Positions 31,983 through 32,000 of a stretch of 32,000 nucleotides of DNA are shown here, piece after piece; the first letter of the stretch is position 1, and every line of letters begins with the position of its first letter. The position numbers and the translations under genes were made by a program. The DNA comes from Patescibacteria group bacterium (GTDB taxonomy: Bacteria > Patescibacteriota > UBA1384 > XYA2-FULL-43-10), in the NCBI GenBank assembly GCA_041674405.1, contig JBAYVT010000001.1:30001-62000 (forward strand), read 5' to 3'. The notes beneath the pieces are model-generated. The model ran no database searches. It was not told where the DNA came from and saw nothing but the letters and a program-made list of their open reading frames with translations.

Positions 31983-32000
31983 CGTATTTACTTTATGAAC

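Noticed and set aside
1-32000. An alternative genetic code such as UGA=Gly, as in Gracilibacteria/SR1.
   Set aside because: All conserved genes are full length under the standard code. TGA acts as a stop with ATGA coupling at 16129-16132. Motifs are not interrupted by in-frame stops.
31983-32000. The C-terminal end of rplN (L14) at the window edge.
   Set aside because: Only 18 nt are available. Two frames give stops (TAA) and neither can be verified, so it is not reported as a feature.

Overview
AT-rich (about 37% GC in hand-counted coding lines), very gene-dense bacterial window. It looks like a reduced Patescibacteria/CPR-type genome; this is an inference from the absence of rpmD (L30) between rpsE and rplO, many shortened housekeeping proteins, a PduL-type phosphotransacylase and Lys-rich tails on ribosomal proteins. 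Plus strand, 26-5843: a fermentative block of a divergent iPGM-like protein, PduL, acetate kinase and a 2-oxoacid:ferredoxin oxidoreductase (alpha, beta, fused gamma-delta). Positions 5850-8700 are the only accessory-looking stretch. They hold tRNA-Ala(GGC) with a degenerate tRNA-like duplicate, a two-gene pair of unknown function (CPVC membrane protein plus helical protein), tRNA-Val(CAC) with structured GC-rich flanks, a ~55% GC islet with an orphan Cys-rich ORF, and a small MazG-fold protein. rpmF-nusB-rnc follow on the plus strand. From 31982 down to 10092 about 22 kb is co-directional on the minus strand: rplX-rplE-rpsN-rpsH-rplF-rplR-rpsE-rplO, a 1434-aa surface protein, secY-adk-map-infA-rpmJ-rpsM-rpsK-rpsD-rpoA-rplQ-rplM-rpsI-rbfA, a membrane protein, then pheS-pheT-aspS, a pseudouridine synthase and a D-Ala-D-Ala carboxypeptidase. 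The most unusual feature is the 4.3-kb gene inserted between rplO and secY, normally an invariant adjacency. It has a terminator upstream and promoter-like hexamers on both sides. It encodes a signal anchor, twelve near-identical 48-aa NHL blades that appear nested inside a LamG-like domain, two Ig-like modules and four Fn3-like modules. All calls come from reading the sequence and ORF translations by eye against remembered family motifs; no searches were run.
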